Of a stretch of DNA of 64,000 bases, positions 18,739 through 26,872 are shown one piece after another. The DNA lies in contig CAVOMQ010000001.1 of the NCBI GenBank assembly GCA_963697065.1, positions 770,518 through 834,517 on the forward strand, given 5' to 3'. Both the position numbers and the translations under genes were made by a program. Position 1 is the stretch's first letter, and each line of letters opens with the position of its first letter. The notes under the pieces were generated by a model that saw only the letters and a list, made by a program, of their open reading frames with translations, made no database searches and was not told the origin of the DNA. This stretch comes from an uncultured Gemmatimonadales bacterium. Lineage in GTDB: Bacteria > Gemmatimonadota > Gemmatimonadetes > Gemmatimonadales > GWC2-71-9.

Positions 18739-19785
18739 ATGGGGCTCGTCGCGGTGTTCGCCTGCAGCCATTCCGCCCCGTTTGCGACCGGTGAATACGG
18801 CGCGGTGGGCCCCTACCGCGTCGTCAACGGCGAAGGACAGCTCACCACCGGCGGGGGCGGGACGCCATTCTATGCGCTCGATGGAGGTGCTATAGCGTTC
18901 GTGCGGTCCGATTCGACGGGACAGAACTGCTTCTTCGTGCTTCCTCCGGGCGGCGGCAGTGGTCTCTGGAATCGTTGCGGCGGCAACGAGGCGGTCGGAC
19001 CACGCGACAGTGACTTCCGGTACGCCGCGGAGGCGTTCGGGCCCGGCGGCAAGGCGCTGTACGCCGAGATCATCGGGCCGAGGAACTTCGGTGCCCCGCC
19101 CGTGCCGCCATGGCCATTCCCGACACTCTTTCACGGCACACTCTGGCTCGGCGATTCGTCGCGCTTGCCGAACGATGATCGCCTGCTCATGCCGCTCTAT
19201 CACGACTCGGCCGGGTACGCCAGGGTCCCACCGGACTCGATCAACTGGGTTACCAACGCCGAGTGGGCCGCCGCCGACACCTTCTTCGTCATCGCGCAGA
19301 ACCTCTCACCGGCCGATGTCGTCACCCCATTGGGCCTGGCCCGCGGCGTGATCACCGCGCAGGGGTTCGCGCTGCACAAGGTCCCCGGCACGACCACCGT
19401 GCGACTCTACGGACTGGCCGACGGCGGGCACACGGTGGTGTTCGCGGACACCGGATTGGTGTTGTGGAAGGTGTCGCCCGACGGTGGAGCGGTCGTACGA
19501 GCCGGAGAACTCCCGCCGGGTCCGTCGCGTGCGCTCATGGGTCTGTCATGCGCCGGCGACCGCTGCGTCGTGGTCAGTCACGAAACCGCGCCGAACGGGC
19601 GGGCGGTGATCACCACCGCCACACTCTGGTCGTTCGCCATCTCGTCCAGCGCGATCACGCCGCTGCGCACGTTCACGTCGGCGCCGCTGCCGGGGGCGGT
19701 GGCACTCTCGCCCGTCAACGACGATGTCGTCTTCCTGCAGGGCGGGCAACTCTATCTGCTGCCGGGCGGAGCAGCCGGACCGTGA
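18739..19785 (+). CDS. Hypothetical lipoprotein, beta-propeller-like; paralog of 56866..57915
   Basis: Lipobox VAVFAC. Colinear similarity to the 56866..57915 product (SAPF.TGEYGA.GPYR...GEGQLTTGG; VPPDSINWVTNA.W; VFADTGLVLWKVS; GLSCA; DVVF.QGGQ.YLLP). Confidence 0.75.
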   Translation: MGLVAVFACSHSAPFATGEYGAVGPYRVVNGEGQLTTGGGGTPFYALDGGAIAFVRSDSTGQNCFFVLPPGGGSGLWNRCGGNEAVGPRDSDFRYAAEAFGPGGKALYAEIIGPRNFGAPPVPPWPFPTLFHGTLWLGDSSRLPNDDRLLMPLYHDSAGYARVPPDSINWVTNAEWAAADTFFVIAQNLSPADVVTPLGLARGVITAQGFALHKVPGTTTVRLYGLADGGHTVVFADTGLVLWKVSPDGGAVVRAGELPPGPSRALMGLSCAGDRCVVVSHETAPNGRAVITTATLWSFAISSSAITPLRTFTSAPLPGAVALSPVNDDVVFLQGGQLYLLPGGAAGP

Positions 19786-19789
19786 ACGC

Positions 19790-21319
19790 CTAGCTCGCCA
19801 TGAGCTCCCGCCCGATCTCCCCCATCGCCGCAAACGTCGCATCGATATCGGCAATGGTGGTGCGATGCGAACAGATCGACAGCCGCTGCGTCACCCGGCC
19901 GCGAATCCGCGTCGTCATCGCGAACGCGATCTGCCGGCGCTGCAGCTCGTCGGCAATACGCTGATTGAGCTCGTCGAGCCGCGCGTCGTCTCCCCGCAAC
20001 GCGGCGGGCGCAAAGCGGAAGGAGTAGATGTAGAGCGCCGGTTCGGGCTGCACCACCTCGAAATCCGGTGACGCCGTCACCAGCCCATTCAGGTGCCGGG
20101 CACACGCGATCGTGCGGCGGAAGATCTCGCGATAGCCCTCGGCACCGTAGTACCGGAGCGACATCCAGATCTTCAACGCGCGCCACGTGCGCGACAACTG
20201 CGGCCCGTACTCGAAGAAATTCAAGCCGGCGTATTCGTTCGCCAGCGACGGCAGCAGGTAGGTGGCTTCCATCGTGTAGGTGCGATGCAGCGCGCCGGCG
20301 TCGCGCACCAGCAGACACGCCGCTTCGTACGGCACGCCCAGCCACTTGTGCGCGTCGAACGACACCGAATCGGCGCGTGCCATCCCCTGCATCGCCGGCC
20401 GCAGCTCCGGAAGCATGGCGCCGAGCGCGCCGCATGCTCCGTCGACGTGGAACCAGAGCGTGCGGCGCGCCGCCACGTCCGCCAGCGCGTCGAGATTGTC
20501 GATGGCGCCGACGTTGATCGATCCGCAGTGCCCCACGATCGCGAATGGCGTCATGCCGTCCGCCATGTCGGCGTCGAGCATCGTCTCCAGCGCCGCGACG
20601 TCGATCGTGAAATCGGGACGTGACGGCACGCGCCGCAACGCCATCTGTCCCAGGCCCAGGAGGTCCATGGCACGCACGAACGACACATGTGTCTCGTGGT
20701 CCGCCATGTAGACGGTCATCGTGCCGGGGCGGTGCGGGGACTGCAGCCCTTCCTGCTTGATGTCCCACGTCGCACGACTCACCAGCGCCGTGCGCAGCGC
20801 CGCCAGGTTCGCCATCGTGCCGCCGCTCAACAGCACGCCGCCGCAGTCGGCCGGGTAGCCGATCAGTTCCGCCAGCCAGCGGATGGTACGCCGCTCGATC
20901 TCCGTCGCCGCCGGTGAGGCCCGCCACCCGCCGAGATTGGCGTTGAGTGCCGCGGCCATCGCTTCGGCCAGCGCGCCGATCTGCGTCCCCGATCCGTTGA
21001 CGAACCCGAACCACCGTCCGGAACCCTGTAACGAGCTGTTGGGAACGATCTTCTCCGTCCAGTCGCGGAGGATGTCGGCCACCGGCTCCGCGGTCTCGGG
21101 CACCGGCGCATCGAAGAGCGCGGCGACGTCGGGCGGCCGCTGCGCCGGAAACGCGGGCCGATCGGGCAGCTGCGCGAAGAAATCGGCGAGCAGGTCGATG
21201 ACCTGATGGCCCAGTTCCTGGAATTCTGATGGCGGAAGATCGACGGCGGGCACGGGAGCTCCGGTTGGGGTTGAAATCCGCGCGGCGGGATAATGGCGTG
21301 AGGCGTGGCACGGCGCCAC
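19790..21319 (-). CDS. Group II PLP-dependent (aromatic amino acid/tyrosine-type) decarboxylase
   Basis: SGGTMANLAAL and the PLP-lysine motif SFDAHKW. Length is about 500 aa. GTG start at 21319. Confidence 0.9.
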   Translation of the reverse strand: MAPCHASRHYPAARISTPTGAPVPAVDLPPSEFQELGHQVIDLLADFFAQLPDRPAFPAQRPPDVAALFDAPVPETAEPVADILRDWTEKIVPNSSLQGSGRWFGFVNGSGTQIGALAEAMAAALNANLGGWRASPAATEIERRTIRWLAELIGYPADCGGVLLSGGTMANLAALRTALVSRATWDIKQEGLQSPHRPGTMTVYMADHETHVSFVRAMDLLGLGQMALRRVPSRPDFTIDVAALETMLDADMADGMTPFAIVGHCGSINVGAIDNLDALADVAARRTLWFHVDGACGALGAMLPELRPAMQGMARADSVSFDAHKWLGVPYEAACLLVRDAGALHRTYTMEATYLLPSLANEYAGLNFFEYGPQLSRTWRALKIWMSLRYYGAEGYREIFRRTIACARHLNGLVTASPDFEVVQPEPALYIYSFRFAPAALRGDDARLDELNQRIADELQRRQIAFAMTTRIRGRVTQRLSICSHRTTIADIDATFAAMGEIGRELMAS

Positions 21320-21343
21320 CGCGGGTTGATCGGCGAATGTCGT

Positions 21344-21360
21344 GGGTCATGGGTCATGGG
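21344..21360 (+). repeat. GGGTCAT heptad array (3 G-tracts at 7-nt phase)
   Basis: GTGGGTCATGGGTCATGGGTCGC in the divergent gap between the decarboxylase and the dehydratase. Two ATGs are embedded in the heptads. Confidence 0.8.
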
Positions 21361-22366
21361 TCGCTCCCTCGCCCCTCGGCCCTATTTTCCCCCTGTGTCC
21401 GTCAACGCCCCGTCGCTCGAATCCATCCGTGCCGCTCGCGATCGGATCGCCGGCATCGTCGTCCGCACTCCGCTGCTCGCGGTCGAATTGCCGCAACGCG
21501 ACGGGCCGGTGCACCTCAAGCTCGAGAACCTCCAACCCATCGGCTCGTTCAAGTTGCGCGGCGCCGCCAACGCGATGGCCGCCGCGGGCGCCGATGCATT
21601 GGCGGAGGGCGTGTACACCGCCAGCGCCGGCAACATGGCGCAGGGCGTGGCGTGGTGCGCCCGCGAGTTCGGCGTGCCGTGCGCGGTCGTTGTGCCGGAC
21701 CGGGCCCCGCAGACCAAACGCGCCGCCATCGAACGCCTCGGCGGACGGGTGATCCCGGTGCCGTTCGACCGCTGGTGGCAGACCCTGACCGACCGCTCAT
21801 ATCCCGGGCTCTCCGGCACGTTCGTGCATCCGTTCGCCGACACGCACGTGATGGCTGGCAACGGCACCATCGCACTCGAACTGCTCGAGGAACTGCCGGA
21901 GATCGACGTGGTGGTCATTCCGTTCGGCGGCGGCGGACTCTGCTGCGGCATCGCGGCGGCGATCGGGGCCTTGAGCCCGCACACCAGGATCTGCGCCGTC
22001 GAGGTCGACACCGCGGCCCCGCTCACCGCCGCACGGGCGGCGGGCCGCCCGGTGCGCATCACCCGGCAGGCGAGTTTCGTCGACGGCATCGGTGCTGCGG
22101 AAGTGTCGGCGGACATGTGGCCGTTGGCGGCGGAACTGATCGACGAGGTGACGGTGGTTTCTCCGGCGCAGATCGCCGGTGCCGTGCGCTTCCTGGCCGA
22201 GCGGGGTCACGTCGTCGCCGAGGGCGCCGGCGCGGCGCCACTCGCCGCCGTGATGAGCGGAAGCGTCGGCGGGCGCCACATCGTGTGCATTGTCAGTGGT
22301 GGCAATCTCGAACCTGATACGTTCGCCGCGATACTGCGCGGCGACCCACCGGAGGGACACGCATGA
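21356..22366 (+). CDS. PLP-dependent threonine/serine dehydratase (catabolic type, no ACT domain)
   Basis: PLP-lysine motif SFKLRGA, glycine loop GGGGL, TPLL. Start is ATG 21356 or GTG 21395. Confidence 0.85.
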   Translation: MGRSLAPRPYFPPVSVNAPSLESIRAARDRIAGIVVRTPLLAVELPQRDGPVHLKLENLQPIGSFKLRGAANAMAAAGADALAEGVYTASAGNMAQGVAWCAREFGVPCAVVVPDRAPQTKRAAIERLGGRVIPVPFDRWWQTLTDRSYPGLSGTFVHPFADTHVMAGNGTIALELLEELPEIDVVVIPFGGGGLCCGIAAAIGALSPHTRICAVEVDTAAPLTAARAAGRPVRITRQASFVDGIGAAEVSADMWPLAAELIDEVTVVSPAQIAGAVRFLAERGHVVAEGAGAAPLAAVMSGSVGGRHIVCIVSGGNLEPDTFAAILRGDPPEGHA

Positions 22367-22740
22367 CCCATGGCGAATATTTCCCCCTGAAGAACGGGCT
22401 CAACCTGCCGTTTTCCGAAGCGGTGCGGGTCGGATCGGTGCTCTATCTCTCGGGACAGATGGGGATCGGGGCCGACGGCAAGCTGGTCGCCGGCGGCATC
22501 GAGGCCGAAACGCGGCAGATCATGGAGAACATCAAGGACGTGCTCGCGCGACACGGATCCTCGCTCGACCGGGTCGTCAAGTGCACCGTCATGCTCGCCG
22601 ACATGAACGAGTGGGCGGCGATGAACGCGGTCTACGTGAAGTATTTCAGCGGTCATCTCCCCGCCCGCAGTGCCTTCGGCGCCAACGGGCTCGCTCTCGG
22701 CGGACGGGTGGAACTCGAATGCATCGCCACGGTCGACTGA
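22363..22740 (+). CDS. ridA: RidA family reactive-intermediate (enamine/imine) deaminase
   Basis: FSEAVRVGSVLYLSGQ...ETRQIMENIKDVL...VKCTVML...ARSAFG...VELECIA. ATGA overlap with the dehydratase stop. Confidence 0.9.
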   Translation: MTHGEYFPLKNGLNLPFSEAVRVGSVLYLSGQMGIGADGKLVAGGIEAETRQIMENIKDVLARHGSSLDRVVKCTVMLADMNEWAAMNAVYVKYFSGHLPARSAFGANGLALGGRVELECIATVD

Positions 22741-23096
22741 TCGCGCTGGCCGGCACAGTACTCGGCACGGCGTGCCGCCGCGGCGCGCCGCCCCGCGCCG
22801 ATTCCACCGCGGCCCCGACGCCGCCTCCGGCGCAGATTGCCGCCCTCTTCCATTGCGACGACGGCACCATGGTCGAGGCCGACTTCCGCAACGACACCAC
22901 GCCCGCCGTGGTGGTGCTCACCATCGGTGACGAACGCATCACGTTGCCCCGGCAGCGCAGCGCCGACGGCGCGCGGTACGCGGACTCGACCAACGAGTTC
23001 TGGAACACCGGTCACGACGCGTCGTTCAGCCGCAGCGGCAGCAAGACCACCTGTCACACCGGATTGCCGGCCGCCGCCGCGCGCGACACACCGTGA
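22719..23096 (+). CDS. MliC-family (C-type lysozyme inhibitor-like) lipoprotein
   Basis: LGTAC lipobox. FHCDDG...SADGARYAD...EFWNTGHDASFS...TTC pattern typical of MliC. Confidence 0.7.
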   Translation: MHRHGRLIALAGTVLGTACRRGAPPRADSTAAPTPPPAQIAALFHCDDGTMVEADFRNDTTPAVVVLTIGDERITLPRQRSADGARYADSTNEFWNTGHDASFSRSGSKTTCHTGLPAAAARDTP

Positions 23097-23770
23097 CCAT
23101 GCGGCGCGATCCCACCCGTCTCGGTGGCGGAACCCGGAAGCGCGCCGCGGCCGACCCGCACCGCGCCGCCGCGCACGAATTGGGGAAACGACACCAGCGC
23201 CTGGCCCAGCTCTGCCGGGCGGCGCACCCCGTGGAGCGCGTCATTCCCGACCATCGCCCGCTGTCACATCTGGTGGTGCGAACCATCGTCGCCCAGCTGG
23301 TGTCGACCGCCGCGGCGCGGTCCATCATGGCGCGGTTGCTCGACGCCCACGCCGACATCGACGGCGTCATCGCCTGGGCGATGCGCACCCCAGAAGACGA
23401 TCCGCCGCAACACAGCCTTTCGCGTGCCAAGCGGAAGGCGATCGCCCACTGGGGGCGGTTCGTGGCCGAACACGGTGACCCGCGGGAACGGTGGAGCACG
23501 CTTTCGGCGGACGCGCTCCTCGAGGAGATCATGGCCCTCCGCGGACTCGGCCGCTGGAGCGCCCAGATGATCGCCATCTTCGGCTTCGGCCACCCCGGCA
23601 TCTGGCCGGAGGGAGACGCCGGCGTGATGCGCGTCGCCCGGGTGGTGTTTCGCGGCATCCGTCCCGCCACCCGGAAGCGGCTCATCGCTGGATACGAGAC
23701 GCACGTCGCCCTCTGCTGCTGGTCGGTCCTCGACCACGGCCGCCTCGCCCAAGTCGCCGCCGCCGATTAG
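23093..23770 (+). CDS. HhH-GPD superfamily DNA glycosylase (AlkA-like)
   Basis: TIVAQLVSTAAARSIMARL..., LRGLGRWSAQMIAIFGFGHPGIWPEGDAGV (helix-hairpin-helix plus Gly/Pro loop plus catalytic Asp). GTGA overlap with the upstream stop. Confidence 0.8.
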   Translation: MTMRRDPTRLGGGTRKRAAADPHRAAAHELGKRHQRLAQLCRAAHPVERVIPDHRPLSHLVVRTIVAQLVSTAAARSIMARLLDAHADIDGVIAWAMRTPEDDPPQHSLSRAKRKAIAHWGRFVAEHGDPRERWSTLSADALLEEIMALRGLGRWSAQMIAIFGFGHPGIWPEGDAGVMRVARVVFRGIRPATRKRLIAGYETHVALCCWSVLDHGRLAQVAAAD

Positions 23771-23790
23771 TTTGGTTCAGTTCACGACCG

Positions 23791-23872
23791 CCCACGACCC
23801 ACGACCCTCGAACCTCGACCCTCGACCCTCGACCCTCGACCCACGACCCTCTACCCCCGACCCAATGACCCC
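23791..23872 (+). repeat. Twelve consecutive CCCNNNN heptads (CGACCCT/CGACCCA); G-rich on the minus strand
   Basis: C-tracts at 23791, 798, 805, (812), 819, 826, 833, 840, 847, 854, 861 and 869. The array runs into ATG 23865 of the small ORF. Confidence 0.9.
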
Positions 23873-23981
23873 GCGCGTCCTCCCCGAATACGGCTACATC
23901 GTCGCCCTCATCGCGGCGTTTCTTGGCACGTTCCTGATCGCTCACGCCATCGCCTGGGCCAGCGGCTACCAGGAGAAGTAA
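23865..23981 (+). CDS. Small (38 aa) single-TM membrane protein
   Basis: MTPRVLPEYGYIVALIAAFLGTFLIAHAIAWASGYQEK. About 90 percent G/C at third positions. TAA stop. The upstream part of ORF 23772..23981 is just the heptad DNA repeat. Confidence 0.5.
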   Translation: MTPRVLPEYGYIVALIAAFLGTFLIAHAIAWASGYQEK

Positions 23982-24116
23982 CCCCCGACCCCGCGACACC
24001 TTCCACTGCTCCCGGGCATCCTCGTCCGGGGGAGAAACGCTCGTCGGTTTTCATCCTGGCGAGTGGGCTGGCCGTATATTCTGTGAACCTGACCCTGACG
24101 GCGGCGAGCAAACTCG

Positions 24117-25961
24117 GTGACTGACAAGCTGTTGGACGATCTCAAGGACGCGCTCGGCGACGCCTATACCATCGAACGGGAGCTCACCGGCGGCGGCATG
24201 AGCCGCGTCTTCGTGGCCAAGGAGCACGCCCTCGGCCGCGAAGTCGTCATCAAGGTGCTTCCCCCCGACCTCGCCGCCGGGGTCAATCGCGACCGGTTCC
24301 GCCAGGAAGTCCAGCTCGCCGCCCGGCTGTCGCACCCGTACATCGTGCCGCTGCTTCATGCCGGCGAGCATGGCCAGCTGCTCTGGTTCACCATGCCGTA
24401 CATCGACGGCGAGTCGCTCAAGACCCGCATCGAACGCGACGGCCCGCTGCCGGTGAACGAGGTGGTCCGCCTGCTGCACGATGTCGTGGAGGCGCTGGCA
24501 TACGCCCACTCGCGTGGCGTGATCCATCGCGACATCAAACCCGGCAACATCCTCCTCGACGGCCGTCACGCCCTGGTCACTGATTTCGGCGTGGCCAAGG
24601 CGTTGACCGCGGCCCTCTCGTTCGGTCCCGGACACACCACGTCGGGCATGGCGATCGGCACGCCGGCCTACATGGCGCCGGAGCAGCTTGCCGCCGATCC
24701 CACGGCCGATCAGCGTGTCGACATCTACGCCGTGGGTCTGCTGGCGTACGAAATGATCACCGGCGCCAGTCCGTTCTCGTCGAAGTCGCCGACGGCCACC
24801 ATGACCGCGCAGCTGACGCGGGTTCCCGATCCGCTCCACCTGGCGCGTCCCGATGTGCCGCCGGCGCTCTCGGCGCTGATCCAGCATTGCCTCGCCAAGT
24901 CGCCCGACGACCGCCCGAAGGACGCCAAGGAAGTCCTCGACGACCTCGACAGGATTTCCGGCGCAATAGCCGCGGCGGAACACCACGAGGTCCATGGCCC
25001 GTCCGCTCGGCCGGCCTCGTGGATTCCGGTGGCGATCGCCACCGCCGGCGTGGTGTGCCTGGTGGTCGCGGGAATGTGGCTGTCGCAGCGCAACAAGGGA
25101 GCGGCCGCGGCGAAGCCGGAGACAGTGCTGATCCCGGCCGGTACCGACAGCGCCACGCAGTTGCCGCTCAAACTGCCGGTCAAGCCGACGTTGACGCACG
25201 CCGACTCGCTGCATATCGCCGAGGCGCTGCGCGACGAACTCGGCCAGCTCGAGTCGGCGGGCCCGACGGCGGTGCCGAAGACACCGCTCCCGCCCAACGT
25301 GACGTTCATCGAGCTCGACTCGGCGGTGCGGGCGCAGTATCGCGAACTGGCGCAGGCGCAGACCACGGTTTCGGTGACGACCGGCATGACCGGCGTGCGT
25401 CCGCCACCGCCGCCGCCGGGCGATACCGGATCGAATGCGGTGCGGAGCGTACTCGTGCTGGGATTGGTGCGAGGCGACGACTCGACGCTGCGTGCGCTCG
25501 AATCAGGCGTCGAAACGGAACTGATCGGTCGCCTCGAACGCGGCCGGCCGGGCGAGCCGCCGCGGTGGCATGTTCTCACGCGCGATTCGATCACGCATCC
25601 CGAAGCACCGGCGACGCGCCAGTTCATGAGCGCCGACGTCAACGTCTTCGTATCGCTCCGGCATAAGGGCCCTGACTCCACGTATCTCTCGATCACGCTG
25701 CGCAACGGAGCGCCCGGCTCGAACAACGGCTTCCGCGTGTTCGACAGCCCGGCCGTGCTGAACCCCACGTCGATCGATCCCTTCCGTCCCACGGTGCGCC
25801 AGGTCTCGCAGGTCCTGGAGTACATCCGGCGGCAGCCGCCGGGTTCGCCGTGGACGTTCGACGAGGGCCAGCGCGGCCGCTTCGGCCCGAGCGGCGGCAC
25901 GCCGCCCGGCGGCCCCAACATCCGTTTCGAATCCCCCGGCCGCCACCGCGATTCGCTGTAA
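24117..25961 (+). CDS. Hanks-type Ser/Thr protein kinase with TM helix and extracytoplasmic domain
   Basis: GGGMSRVF...VVIKVL, HRDIKPGNILL, DFGVAK, GTPAYMAPE. TM segment WIPVAIATAGVVCLVVAGMWL. Confidence 0.9.
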   Translation: MTDKLLDDLKDALGDAYTIERELTGGGMSRVFVAKEHALGREVVIKVLPPDLAAGVNRDRFRQEVQLAARLSHPYIVPLLHAGEHGQLLWFTMPYIDGESLKTRIERDGPLPVNEVVRLLHDVVEALAYAHSRGVIHRDIKPGNILLDGRHALVTDFGVAKALTAALSFGPGHTTSGMAIGTPAYMAPEQLAADPTADQRVDIYAVGLLAYEMITGASPFSSKSPTATMTAQLTRVPDPLHLARPDVPPALSALIQHCLAKSPDDRPKDAKEVLDDLDRISGAIAAAEHHEVHGPSARPASWIPVAIATAGVVCLVVAGMWLSQRNKGAAAAKPETVLIPAGTDSATQLPLKLPVKPTLTHADSLHIAEALRDELGQLESAGPTAVPKTPLPPNVTFIELDSAVRAQYRELAQAQTTVSVTTGMTGVRPPPPPPGDTGSNAVRSVLVLGLVRGDDSTLRALESGVETELIGRLERGRPGEPPRWHVLTRDSITHPEAPATRQFMSADVNVFVSLRHKGPDSTYLSITLRNGAPGSNNGFRVFDSPAVLNPTSIDPFRPTVRQVSQVLEYIRRQPPGSPWTFDEGQRGRFGPSGGTPPGGPNIRFESPGRHRDSL

Positions 25962-26008
25962 CAGGCGCGACCGCCCCGCGCCCTCTTTCGTCTGTCCGGT
26001 GTATGCGC

Positions 26009-26125
26009 GGGGCCGGCACAGGGTCTCGTAGCGACGCTCACTTTGCGCGCGGACGTTGGAGCCTGGCCGGTCACCGGGAGGCCGCCCCGCGCAAAGTGCG
26101 GAGCCAGAGACCCTGTGCCGGCCCC
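26009..26125. repeat. 117-bp two-tier perfect-stem palindrome (structured element)
   Basis: Outer arms GGGGCCGGCACAGGGTCTC (26009-26027) and GAGACCCTGTGCCGGCCCC (26107-26125) are 19/19 complementary. Inner arms CACTTTGCGCG (26039-26049) and CGCGCAAAGTG (26088-26098) are 11/11 complementary. Confidence 0.85.
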
Positions 26126-26164
26126 GTCGTCCACCGCTCTTGCGGGGTCCGCCCGGTCGGCCTA

Positions 26165-26197
26165 GTTTGACCGTCATGTTTAACCGGATGGTCAAAC
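26165..26197. promoter_or_regulatory. Putative TetR operator (inverted repeat abutting the tetR start codon)
   Basis: GTTTGACC-N17-GGTCAAAC, extendable to GTTTGACCGTC/GATGGTCAAAC with one mismatch. It ends 4 nt before ATG 26201, in a locally AT-richer patch. Confidence 0.6.
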
Positions 26198-26200
26198 CAC

Positions 26201-26872
26201 ATGGTTAAGGCCGCCCGCCGCCGCGCCACTGTCACGGCCCCGGTGCGACACGACGGCGACACCGAAGCGCGCATCCTCCGGGCCGCCCACGCCGTCTTCG
26301 TGCGCCGCGGCACCGCCGGCGCCCGGCTGCAGGAGATCGCCGACGAGGCCGGGGTCAACAAGGCCCTGCTGCACTACTACTTCCGCAGCAAGGACCGCCT
26401 TGCCGCGGCGGTGTTCCAGAGCGTCGCGAGCCAGCAACTGCCACGAGTGTTCGAGATCCTGGCGTCGGAACTCGACATCGAGGCCAAGGTCCGGGGCGTC
26501 GTCGGGTTGCTGCTCGACCGCCTGCTCGAAGCGCCGTACGCCCCGGGGTACATCCTCAGCGAACTGAGTCGTCACCCAGAACGCGTGCCTCAGTTCGTCC
26601 AGGCGGTCCTCGGTGTGGCGGCGGGCGGCGTGTTGCCGCGACTCCGCAAGACGCTCGGGCGCCAGATCGCCGAGCGCGCCAGGGCCGGCACGATGCGGGA
26701 CATCCCGGTGGAACAGTTCGTCGTCAACCTGCAATCGCTCTGCCTCTTTCCGTTCGTCGCCCGGCAGATGCTCTGCGCGGTGCTGCAGCTCGACGACGCC
26801 GGCTTTGCCCGCTTCATCGCCGAACGGAAACGCACCCTTCCCGACTTCATCCTCGAGGCGCTCAGACCGTGA
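26201..26872 (+). CDS. TetR/AcrR family transcriptional regulator
   Basis: N-terminal HTH RILRAAHAVFVRRGTAGARLQEIADEAGVNKALLHYYFRSKDRL. Confidence 0.9.
   Translation: MVKAARRRATVTAPVRHDGDTEARILRAAHAVFVRRGTAGARLQEIADEAGVNKALLHYYFRSKDRLAAAVFQSVASQQLPRVFEILASELDIEAKVRGVVGLLLDRLLEAPYAPGYILSELSRHPERVPQFVQAVLGVAAGGVLPRLRKTLGRQIAERARAGTMRDIPVEQFVVNLQSLCLFPFVARQMLCAVLQLDDAGFARFIAERKRTLPDFILEALRP

Noticed and set aside
23772-23864. The DPRPS-repeat N-terminal region of ORF 23772..23981 as real protein
   Set aside because: It is the translation of the 7-nt DNA heptad array. A 7-nt unit cannot be maintained as a peptide repeat under copy-number change. The coding signal (GC3, hydrophobic helix) begins only at ATG 23865.
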